Source: a bacterium
GTDB taxonomy: Bacteria; RBG-13-61-14; DATKZS01
Assembly (NCBI GenBank): GCA_046484135.1
Contig: JAWOBU010000071.1
Location: 1-12,493, forward strand
DNA length: 12,493 bases
Reading direction: 5' to 3'
The position numbers and the translations under genes are program-made. Below are positions 1 to 7,016 of this stretch, one piece after another. The notes beneath the pieces were generated by a model. That model ran no database searches. It was not told where the DNA came from and saw nothing but the letters and a program-made list of their open reading frames with translations. The number at the start of each line of letters is the position of its first letter. Positions within the stretch are counted from its first letter, which is position 1.

Positions 1-206
1 ATCTTAAATCCGACCCCGAAGAACAAAACCCCTTTACCATTGAAGAGTGTCCCTGGCCGGAAAACACACCTTCGCCACGTCAAGTTTTTGACTCTATCCG
101 GGAAAGGGACAAGAAAAAATTCAAAGAACTGGGCGGAGGGAACACGCAGGAGAGAAGGATATCTCCGGAACATTTGAGAAAGCTGAAGGCAGTGGGTTAC
201 TTCTAA
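1..206 (+). CDS. 3' end of a sulfatase-family / alkaline phosphatase superfamily hydrolase (partial; begins upstream of the window)
   Basis: Manual translation of frame +3 is open from base 3 to TAA at 204-206: LKSDPEEQNPFTIEECPWPENTPSPRQVFDSIRERDKKKFKELGGGNTQERRISPEHLRKLKAVGYF*. It has the (D)LxxDPxExxN-like motif and the terminal 'LxxL/VGY' tail typical of sulfatase-like C-termini. It is absent from the ORF track because it has no start codon in the window. Confidence 0.75.
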   Translation, partial: LKSDPEEQNPFTIEECPWPENTPSPRQVFDSIRERDKKKFKELGGGNTQERRISPEHLRKLKAVGYF

Positions 207-232
207 CTGCTGTACAGCTATAGCGCCAGGCA

Positions 233-262
233 TGGTCATGCAGGACCCGCTTATGGTATGAT
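233..262 (+). promoter_or_regulatory. Putative sigma70 promoter with extended -10 for the Fe-S/FAD oxidoreductase pair
   Basis: TG-g-TATGAT at 254-262 and a weak -35 TGGTCA at 233-238 (18-nt spacer). RBS AAGGAGG at 281-287 precedes GTG at 293. Confidence 0.4.
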
Positions 263-292
263 TGGAGTGTTTTTCCGGAAAAGGAGGCCAAA

Positions 293-1324
293 GTGAGTAG
301 GATAGATTTCGATCCGGAGCTTTGTGCAAAGTGTGAAGGAGTAGACTGCCTGACCAGGTGCCAGTACATGGACTTCACCTTGGACGAGGCCCGCGAGGAG
401 AGGCGGAAAATCATTGACGGCGGAGACTGCCGGGCGCTCCGCGAGTGTGTAACCTGCTATGCCTGCGAGGAGTACTGCCCTTACAACAACCACCCCTTCT
501 ACCTCATGGTGGACCGGCAGGAAGAGCTGGACATACTACCCGCTCCCCGGCCCATCATAAACCAGCAGATCAAGATGATGGCCCCCCGCGGAAAAATCGC
601 GCTCCAGAAAGTAACACCACCCGTCATCAACATGTGCTTCTTCCCCATGCTTGCCGGGACCATCAAGGGCAAGCTCTATGAAGACACCTCCGTGATGGTG
701 GGAAGCGACATCTTTTGCAACATCATGTGGCTCCACTTCGCGGGAAACTCCGTGATCCGCGAGCGGCTCCCCCGCATGATTGAGAACATCATGAGCTATT
801 ACCTGCGCGAGAGCGGGGTGGACGAGATCGTCTGCTACCACGACGAATGCTACGGGACCTACACTAAGCTGGCGCCCGCCTTCGGCATCGAGGTCCCTTT
901 CAAGTCCGTGCATCTCTTCGAGTTCCTGGCAAAACGCCTCACCGAGCTCAAAAGCGATATCAAGCCGCTTAACGTAAAGGTCGCCTATCAAAGGCCGTGC
1001 TCGAACCGGCTGGTGCCGGAGACGCAACCATGGGTGGACGAGATCTTCTCGCTTATCGGCGCGGAAAGGCCCGAGCGCGAGTACGACCGCGAGAACGCCC
1101 TGTGTTGCTCCATGATCATAAGGGGCCACCAGCGACAACAACTTGCCGACGACCTACAAAACCGAAACCTCGACGACATGGAAAAAACCGGCGCAACCTA
1201 CTGCGTATTCAACTGCCCCATGTGCTTTTTCACCATGCGGGAGATGGTCCAGGAGCGGGGCATCACTCCCATCCTCATGAGCGACCTCTGCCGGCTCGCA
1301 CTGGGCGAAGGGTTGTGGGGGTAA
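293..1324 (+). CDS. (Fe-S)-binding protein, GlcF/HdrD-like: N-terminal 4Fe-4S dicluster region plus Cys-rich CCG domain(s)
   Basis: Ferredoxin-like motifs CAKCEGVDCLTRC and CVTCYACEEYCP. C-terminal CCG-type motifs YQRPCS, NALCCS and FNCPMC. Strong RBS. Ends 4 nt before the FAD oxidoreductase start. Confidence 0.85.
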   Translation: MSRIDFDPELCAKCEGVDCLTRCQYMDFTLDEAREERRKIIDGGDCRALRECVTCYACEEYCPYNNHPFYLMVDRQEELDILPAPRPIINQQIKMMAPRGKIALQKVTPPVINMCFFPMLAGTIKGKLYEDTSVMVGSDIFCNIMWLHFAGNSVIRERLPRMIENIMSYYLRESGVDEIVCYHDECYGTYTKLAPAFGIEVPFKSVHLFEFLAKRLTELKSDIKPLNVKVAYQRPCSNRLVPETQPWVDEIFSLIGAERPEREYDRENALCCSMIIRGHQRQQLADDLQNRNLDDMEKTGATYCVFNCPMCFFTMREMVQERGITPILMSDLCRLALGEGLWG

Positions 1325-1328
1325 TAAC

Positions 1329-2708
1329 ATGGAAGACGTTTACAAAGAACTGGTCGAGATTGTGGGTGCGGACTATGTGTCCGGCGAACCGGAAGAGCAG
1401 TACATGTACTCGCGGGACCCGGGCACCATGGAACCCAGCCGGCCCGACCTGGTGGCCATGCCGGGAAGCACTGAGGAAGTAAGCGACATCATGAAGATGG
1501 CCGCTCGAAAAAAAGTGCCGGTGGTGCCCATGGGCGCAGGACTGGTGCTCTCCGGCCTGACCCGGCCCCTGAAAGGCGGGATCGTGCTGGACTTAAAGCG
1601 CCTGGACCGGATCATCGAGGTCAACGAAAAAAGCCGCTACGCAGTGGTTGAAGCCGGCGTGCCGCAAGGCGTTCTCCAGGCATATCTCAAAAAACACCAT
1701 CCCGGCCTCAAGCACTCGGTGCCGGACGCGCCACCCATCGCCACCATCGGCGGAAACGTGCTGATCCACGGCTCCGGCCACTTGAGCGCAGCCGGCGGTT
1801 TTCACTCCGAGATGTTAAACGGCCTGGAAGTGGTCCTTCCCACCGGCGAGGTCATAAGAACCGGCTCCTGCTCAGCGTCACCCTACTGGTTCTCGCGGTC
1901 TCCATTGCCGGACCTGTCCGGGCTGTTCCTCGGCTTCCACGGGACCACCGGCATCGTCACCAGGCTGTCCATCAAGCTCTATCCCGATTTGCCCTTGAAC
2001 GACGTGGACATCTTCTGCGCAGAGGACCCGGAAATCATCCCCGACGTGATTAACCGCATCTCCGGAGTGCAAGTGGCGGAGGATCTCCTGGCATGGATGA
2101 CGCCCAAGCCGGAGTGGGCGGCCGGCTTCCAGATGATAAACGTAAACTACGGCGCCCGGACCAGAAAAGAGCTCACCATGAAGCGGGACCTCGTGGCCGA
2201 GTCAGTGAAAAAGTATATTGACGAGCGCACCGGCGGGTTCATGCCGCTTCCGTCAGACATGAAAGGTAGGTTCCTGGAGGCTCCGCAGAAGACCCTGGCC
2301 GTTTTCGCGGACGTGAACAAAGGCGGCGGCTTCGAGTACGTGGGCGCCATTATGCCTGTCGAGCTTTTCCCGCAAGCTTACAGAAAAGGTCTGGAGATCG
2401 CTGACAAACGGAGAGTTACCTACTCGCTGGGCGCGCGGGTGGTGGGACTCGGCCACTGCATGATGTTCTTTTACGCCTACGCCTTTAACCGGGCGGACCC
2501 GGAGGACATGAAAAGGGCGCAGGAGGCGCTGGAGGAGACCAACACCGAGGTCCTGGAGCTGGGCGGAATCCCGTGGAAAGCCGAGGTCCCCGCCCAGAAA
2601 CAGATCATGGAAAAGATGGACCAGGGGTCCTTGGACCTTATCAAACGAGTGCGAGACCTCCTGGACCCCCATGGCATAATGAACCCCGGAAACTGGGAGC
2701 CGGACTGA
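1329..2708 (+). CDS. FAD-binding oxidoreductase, GlcD / D-lactate dehydrogenase / VAO-type fold; substrate unknown
   Basis: PDLVAMPGSTEEVS, PMGAGLVLSG, GGIVLDLKRLDRIIEVN, AVVEAGV, ATIGGNV, GLEVVLPTGEVI, DLSGLFLGFHGTTGIVT and the terminal LLDPHGIMNPG all match the FAD_binding_4 / FAD-oxidase_C architecture. Confidence 0.9.
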   Translation: MEDVYKELVEIVGADYVSGEPEEQYMYSRDPGTMEPSRPDLVAMPGSTEEVSDIMKMAARKKVPVVPMGAGLVLSGLTRPLKGGIVLDLKRLDRIIEVNEKSRYAVVEAGVPQGVLQAYLKKHHPGLKHSVPDAPPIATIGGNVLIHGSGHLSAAGGFHSEMLNGLEVVLPTGEVIRTGSCSASPYWFSRSPLPDLSGLFLGFHGTTGIVTRLSIKLYPDLPLNDVDIFCAEDPEIIPDVINRISGVQVAEDLLAWMTPKPEWAAGFQMINVNYGARTRKELTMKRDLVAESVKKYIDERTGGFMPLPSDMKGRFLEAPQKTLAVFADVNKGGGFEYVGAIMPVELFPQAYRKGLEIADKRRVTYSLGARVVGLGHCMMFFYAYAFNRADPEDMKRAQEALEETNTEVLELGGIPWKAEVPAQKQIMEKMDQGSLDLIKRVRDLLDPHGIMNPGNWEPD

Positions 2709-2735
2709 AGGGGGAATTCGATCAAAAATCATTGC

Positions 2736-2763
2736 TTGATATTCGATTTGGCTTTTATAACAT
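2736..2763 (+). promoter_or_regulatory. Possible sigma70 promoter upstream of the palindrome doublet and arylsulfatase
   Basis: TTGATA at 2736-2741, 16-nt spacer, TAACAT at 2758-2763, in an AT-rich stretch. Overlaps a 7-bp inverted repeat TTTTATA (2753-2759) / TATAAAA (2776-2782). Confidence 0.3.
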
Positions 2764-2807
2764 AAAGATGACGCCTATAAAAAGTGAAAATGTCAAAAGC
2801 GGCCTCA

Positions 2808-2959
2808 GGGTGGCCCACCCATGCCGCACTGCTTGGAGGGCGGCATGGGTGGGGTACAGGTTAGCCGGGTTTGGCGGGCGCCTCTATTCATGTGCGCTTG
2901 ATAAAAAAGCGTTTGACCCTGTAAACCCACCCATCCGAGGACGGATGGGTGGGCCACCC
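2808..2959. repeat. Inverted doublet of GC-rich palindromes (REP/REPIN- or MITE-like element)
   Basis: Perfect 15-bp terminal inverted repeat GGGTGGCCCACCCAT (2808-2822) / ATGGGTGGGCCACCC (2945-2959). Hairpin 1 has a 14-bp stem (2814-2827 / 2840-2853) and a 12-nt loop. Hairpin 2 has a 12-bp stem (2926-2937 / 2942-2953) and an AGGA loop. Inner complementarity TACAGG (2855-2860) / CCTGTA (2918-2923). Confidence 0.85.
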
Positions 2960-3034
2960 AAAGGTTTTTCTTTTTTAAAGTTTTTTCGAAGTTTGAAAAA
3001 ATAGTGGAACTCCGCAACTGAAGGAGGGGACAAA

Positions 3035-4648
3035 TTGGGCAGCTTAGACAGAAGGAGCTTCATAGGATCGGCCGCGGCGGGGGGCGCGGGCCTCGCGTTG
3101 GGCGGCCGGGCCCAGGCCACGGGCAAACGGCCAAACATCGTGCTCATCCTGGCGGACGACATGGGCTACTCCGACATCGGCTGTTACGGCTCGGAGATAA
3201 ACACGCCCGCCATAAACCGGCTCGCCTCCGGAGGTCTCCGGTTTAACAGGTTCTACAACGCCGCCCGCTGCTGTCCCACCCGGGCGTCCCTTCTTACCGG
3301 TTTATATCCGCACCAGGCGGGCGTGGGCCACATGACCCATGACCGGGGAACACCCGGCTATCGCGGCCATCTCAAGCAGGACTGCGTGACCTTGGGAGAG
3401 GCCATGGGCCGCGCCGGCTATCACACCATCATGTCCGGCAAGTGGCACGTGGGCAGCAAAAAAGGAAGATGGCCCGCGGACCGGGGGTTTGGCGAACACT
3501 ACGGCATCATCGCCGGCTCCAGCCACTACTTTCACCCCGGCGAGGAAAGCATGCTCGCACATAACCACAAGCTGGTCCGGCCGGGCGAAGACTTCTACAC
3601 CACGGACGCGTTTACCGACCACGCCATCCGCTCCATAGGCGAGTGCCGGAAAAAGGACAACAACCCCTTCTTCCTCTACCTCGCCTACAACGCGCCCCAC
3701 TGGCCGCTCCACGCCTACGAGGAAGACGTGAAAAAGTACGAAGGCAGGTACAAGAAAGGGTGGGACCGGCTCCGGCAGGAGCGCTACCGGCGCATGAAGG
3801 AGATGGGCATAATCGAGCCCGGCTGGAATCTGTCGGAGCGCGACCGGGCCACTCCTCCCTGGAAGGCTCTAACACCCTGGAAGAAAGAAGAGATGGAGCG
3901 CAAGATGGCGGTTTACGCCGCCATGGTGGACCGCATGGACCAGGACATTAACAAGCTTCTCCGCTACCTGGAAAGCACCGGCGAGATGGACAACACCCTG
4001 ATCCTGTTCCTGTCCGACAACGGGGCCTGCCACGAGCTCACCGCTTTCGGGTTCGACTGGAACCCCAAGTACTCGGAAGGGTTCTTCAAAACCCTCACCG
4101 CCAGACCGGGAACGCCCGAGTCGTTCTGCAGCTATGGGCGCGGCTGGTCCAACGCCGGTAACACTCCCTTCCGGCTCCACAAGCACTGGACCCACGAAGG
4201 AGGTATAGCCACTCCTCTTATCGCCTACTGGCCGGGCGTGATCTCGCCGGGCGGCTCAACCGACGAGGTCGGCCACGTCATTGACCTCATGGCCACCTGC
4301 CTGGACGCGGCAGGCGCAGACTACCCGGAGACCTTTGCGGGTAACGATATCCAACCTTTGGAAGGAAAGAGCCTCCTGCCCGTGCTGCAGGGAGGATCAA
4401 GGGAAGGACACGACGCCCTGTTCTGGGAGCACGAGGGGAACAAAGCGGTCATCCAGGGCAGGTGGAAGCTGGTGTCCGACTATCCCGGCGGCTTCGAGCT
4501 TTACGACCTTGTCGAGGACAGGACCGAAACCAGGAACCTGGCAAAGGACAAAAAGCAAAAGGTGAAAGAGCTCTCCCGCATGTACGAGGAGTGGGCCCGG
4601 CGCTCCCACGTCGAGCCCTGGAAACCGTACCAGGCGCTTCAGTACTGA
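3035..4648 (+). CDS. Arylsulfatase (AtsA-like, Cys-type formylglycine sulfatase) with Tat signal peptide
   Basis: TTG start with RBS AAGGAGG at 3021-3027. Tat motif DRRSFIG, hydrophobic stretch and AQA cleavage site. Motifs PNIVLILADDMGYSDIG, catalytic CCPTRASLLTG (CxPxR), GYHTIMSGKWHVG, PFFLYLAYNAPHWPLHA, FLSDNG, HEGGIATP and ELYDLVEDRTE. Confidence 0.93.
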   Translation: MGSLDRRSFIGSAAAGGAGLALGGRAQATGKRPNIVLILADDMGYSDIGCYGSEINTPAINRLASGGLRFNRFYNAARCCPTRASLLTGLYPHQAGVGHMTHDRGTPGYRGHLKQDCVTLGEAMGRAGYHTIMSGKWHVGSKKGRWPADRGFGEHYGIIAGSSHYFHPGEESMLAHNHKLVRPGEDFYTTDAFTDHAIRSIGECRKKDNNPFFLYLAYNAPHWPLHAYEEDVKKYEGRYKKGWDRLRQERYRRMKEMGIIEPGWNLSERDRATPPWKALTPWKKEEMERKMAVYAAMVDRMDQDINKLLRYLESTGEMDNTLILFLSDNGACHELTAFGFDWNPKYSEGFFKTLTARPGTPESFCSYGRGWSNAGNTPFRLHKHWTHEGGIATPLIAYWPGVISPGGSTDEVGHVIDLMATCLDAAGADYPETFAGNDIQPLEGKSLLPVLQGGSREGHDALFWEHEGNKAVIQGRWKLVSDYPGGFELYDLVEDRTETRNLAKDKKQKVKELSRMYEEWARRSHVEPWKPYQALQY

Positions 4649-4695
4649 TGAGCTCATGGGTCGTTTCTTTTCCGCTTTTGTCTCGCGGTGTGTAA

Positions 4696-5913
4696 ATGAC
4701 GAACAAGCCCTTGAACTCGGTCCTGGTCAAACCCGCGGGACCCGACTGTAACCTCTCCTGCGACTACTGCTTCTACACTCCCAAGTCGTCCCTGTTCGGG
4801 CCTCGGCCGCGCATGAGCGAGGACACGCTCGAGATTTTTAGCCGGCAAGCTCTGCAACAATCCTCCGGCTCCATGTCACTTGGTTGGCAGGGGGGCGAGC
4901 CTACCCTCATGGGCCTGGACTTCTTTAAAAAGGCTGTCGAGCTCCAGGCAAGGTATGGAGCGGGCCAGGAGATCACGAACGGCATCCAGACGAACGGCGT
5001 TCTTATTGATGAAGCATGGGCGAGGTGGTTTTCAGCCGAAGGCTGGCTCGTTGGTCTTTCCATTGACGGTCCTGCCCATATCCACGACCGCTACCGCCGC
5101 ACCGGCGCCGGCCACGGCACATACGGCCACGTGCGCGATAGTGCGAAACGTCTTTTGGACGCAGGCGCGCCGGTCAACGCGCTCAGCGTAATAAGCGATT
5201 ACGCGGCGGAACACGCTGAAGAAATCTACCGGCACCACAAGGAACTTGGCATATATCACATGCAGTTCATACCGCTCCTGGAGCCGGACCCGGAGGACCC
5301 GCAAAAGCCCGCTTCCTTCTCGGTCCCGCCCGATGGACTGGCCGCGTTCTGGAGAGAAATGTTCGACCTGTGGTGGAATGACTTTAAAAACGGAGCGCCG
5401 ACAACCTCGGTACGCCTGTTCGATGACCTCTTTTACGCTTACGCGGGACTGTCCCCCCCGGACTGCTCGCTTTTACAAGAGTGCGGCGTGTACGTGGTGA
5501 TCGAGCACAACGGGGACGTTTACTCGTGCGACTTTTTCGTGGAGCCCGCTTGGAAGCTGGGTAACATTCATCAGTCGGGCATAAAGGAGCTTTTAAACTC
5601 GGGCAGGCAAAAGGAGTTCGGCAGGAGGAAGTCGCGTCTTGCCGGCGAGTGCCAAAGCTGCGAGTGGCTTTACTACTGCCGGGGCGGCTGTCCCCGCGAG
5701 CGGGGCTATGGCGGGGACAAAAAGAACTACTTCTGCCAAGCCTTCGAGGAGCTCTTCCGGCACTCCCACTCCCGCATGGAGGCATTAGCGGAAGAATGGA
5801 AGGAGAAGCAGACAGCCATTAATAATAACCTGCCTCCTAAAGATAAGCCGGGAAGGAATGACCCCTGTCCCTGCGGCAGCGGCCGGAAGTACAAGAAGTG
5901 CTGCGGAAGGTAA
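4696..5913 (+). CDS. Anaerobic sulfatase-maturating enzyme (anSME/AtsB/ChuR family radical SAM-SPASM) with C-terminal SEC-C motif
   Basis: VLVKPAGPDCNLSCDYC (CxxxCxxC), WQGGEPTL, IQTNG, VGLSIDGP. SPASM cysteines C..ECG, YSCDFF, CQSCEWLYYCRGGCP, NYFC. Terminal PGRNDPCPCGSGRKYKKCC. Lies directly after a sulfatase. Confidence 0.95.
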   Translation: MTNKPLNSVLVKPAGPDCNLSCDYCFYTPKSSLFGPRPRMSEDTLEIFSRQALQQSSGSMSLGWQGGEPTLMGLDFFKKAVELQARYGAGQEITNGIQTNGVLIDEAWARWFSAEGWLVGLSIDGPAHIHDRYRRTGAGHGTYGHVRDSAKRLLDAGAPVNALSVISDYAAEHAEEIYRHHKELGIYHMQFIPLLEPDPEDPQKPASFSVPPDGLAAFWREMFDLWWNDFKNGAPTTSVRLFDDLFYAYAGLSPPDCSLLQECGVYVVIEHNGDVYSCDFFVEPAWKLGNIHQSGIKELLNSGRQKEFGRRKSRLAGECQSCEWLYYCRGGCPRERGYGGDKKNYFCQAFEELFRHSHSRMEALAEEWKEKQTAINNNLPPKDKPGRNDPCPCGSGRKYKKCCGR

Positions 5914-5930
5914 GTCCCTGTAACAATCCG

Positions 5931-5961
5931 GCCGGAGCTACTCTTCGGCTCCGGCTTTCTT
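5931..5961 (+). terminator. Putative intrinsic terminator for the sulfatase-maturase transcript, overlapping the end of the convergent gene
   Basis: Stem GCCGGAGC (5931-5938) / GCTCCGGC (5948-5955) followed by TTTCTT, starting 18 nt after the maturase stop. Confidence 0.55.
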
Positions 5962-6840
5962 ATACGCCACCACCCGGTTGGTGTTCATGATGGGGATTAC
6001 CGCCATGCCCTGCTCCGGGATGTACTCGAGGTCCGCGGGCCCGGACCCGAGCCCGATCAGCGAGGTAAAACTTCCGGAGGGATAGACCAGAAGAAGGTCG
6101 TCCCGCTTCCAGTCGGTTACCAGGTAGTCGCCGTCGGCGGTGCCCTTGATGCCGTCCAGGTGGCCGATGGGTTTTCCCGATCCCATCTTCCTCACCTTGC
6201 CGGTCGTAAGGGAAATCTTTTTCAAGTGCCCCTTCACCCGGATGGAAGGGACACCGGAGATTCCCCAGGACGCCACCATCAGGTAATCGCCGTCCACGTA
6301 AAGGCCATTGGGCGAGCGCAAGGCAGTGGTCTCGGCCCAGGGCTTGAAAAACTCCTCGCCTTCCGCCTGCTCCGCTCCATGCCTGAAGATCACGTTCTCT
6401 TTCATGTCGGAGACGAAAATGTTGCCGGCCGCGTCCGCGTCAATATCGTTCAGAAAGACCGATCCCTTGACCTCGTGCTCTTTTATGACCTCTGCTTTTT
6501 TCACGTCAATTACCACTACCCGGTCAATGTCCGCCACCCAAAGGGTGTCGCCCTGAAGGAGCATCCCGCGGGGAGCGTCCAGGCCGGTTATCCATCCTTT
6601 GTCCAGCATTTCGCCGTCCATGGACACCCGCGAGATAAAGCCGTTGCCGTCGTGCGCCAGCGACTTGCCGACCACGTTCGAGACGTAAAACACGTTGCGC
6701 TCTGCGTCATACTTCACGCTCTCGGGCCGGTCAAAGCCGGAAACCTCCCAGGCCTTCTCGAACTCGATGGTTTTCCCTGCCATGACCGCGGACGCAACGA
6801 CCGCTATCAACAAGGCCGCGGTAAAAGTTCGTCGCACCAT
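5938..6840 (-). CDS. Secreted SMP-30/gluconolactonase/LRE-family beta-propeller protein
   Basis: Signal peptide MVRRTFTAALLIAVVASAVMA. Motifs GFDRPESV, FYVSNV, DGNGFISR, GLDAPRGM, FLNDI, GNIFVSDM, SPNGL, LDGI, GPADL. RBS AGGAGG upstream on the minus strand. Confidence 0.82.
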   Translation of the reverse strand: MVRRTFTAALLIAVVASAVMAGKTIEFEKAWEVSGFDRPESVKYDAERNVFYVSNVVGKSLAHDGNGFISRVSMDGEMLDKGWITGLDAPRGMLLQGDTLWVADIDRVVVIDVKKAEVIKEHEVKGSVFLNDIDADAAGNIFVSDMKENVIFRHGAEQAEGEEFFKPWAETTALRSPNGLYVDGDYLMVASWGISGVPSIRVKGHLKKISLTTGKVRKMGSGKPIGHLDGIKGTADGDYLVTDWKRDDLLLVYPSGSFTSLIGLGSGPADLEYIPEQGMAVIPIMNTNRVVAYKKAGAEE

Positions 6841-6899
6841 GTCTCCTCCTTGCCGGCTTTTTCAGGACGCTTCGCTTTCCGGATTCCCTGTGTTCATTT

Positions 6900-6965
6900 A
6901 ACATATCTCAGAAAGGGCTTCCTTCAAAACGCCGGTTGACTTCCAGGGCTCCGGCTTGATATGTT
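6900..6965. promoter_or_regulatory. Back-to-back divergent sigma70-like promoters
   Basis: Plus strand: TTGACT (6936-6941), 18 nt, TATGTT (6960-6965), preceded by TG at 6957-6958. Minus strand: TTGAAG (6927-6922), 16 nt, TATGTT (6905-6900). Confidence 0.45.
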
Positions 6966-7016
6966 TGAACTGTTTTTAAATTCTGCTTTGTCATTTCCAT
7001 ACCCGGGAGAACGGAG

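Noticed and set aside
536..1141. 201-aa antisense ORF and the other short nested ORFs in the track
   Set aside because: All are nested in or antisense to well-supported genes and show no independent coding evidence.
2808..2959. Element considered as a CRISPR mini-array, tRNA or known riboswitch
   Set aside because: Only two units, in inverted rather than direct orientation, with no cas genes. No tRNA T-loop or D-loop consensus, and no riboswitch consensus I can recognise. An Rfam search was not possible.
2573..3162. ORFs of 143, 70 and 92 aa crossing the intergenic palindrome element
   Set aside because: Two overlap real genes, none has an evident family motif, and they simply read through the repeat.
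4646..4651. Tandem TGA TGA after the sulfatase considered as selenocysteine or read-through
   Set aside because: The protein is complete at that point. A double stop is ordinary and no catalytic Cys-equivalent position is involved.
6160..6939. 259-aa plus-strand ORF opposite the propeller gene
   Set aside because: Antisense shadow with no motifs. The minus-strand gene has a signal peptide, RBS and family motifs.
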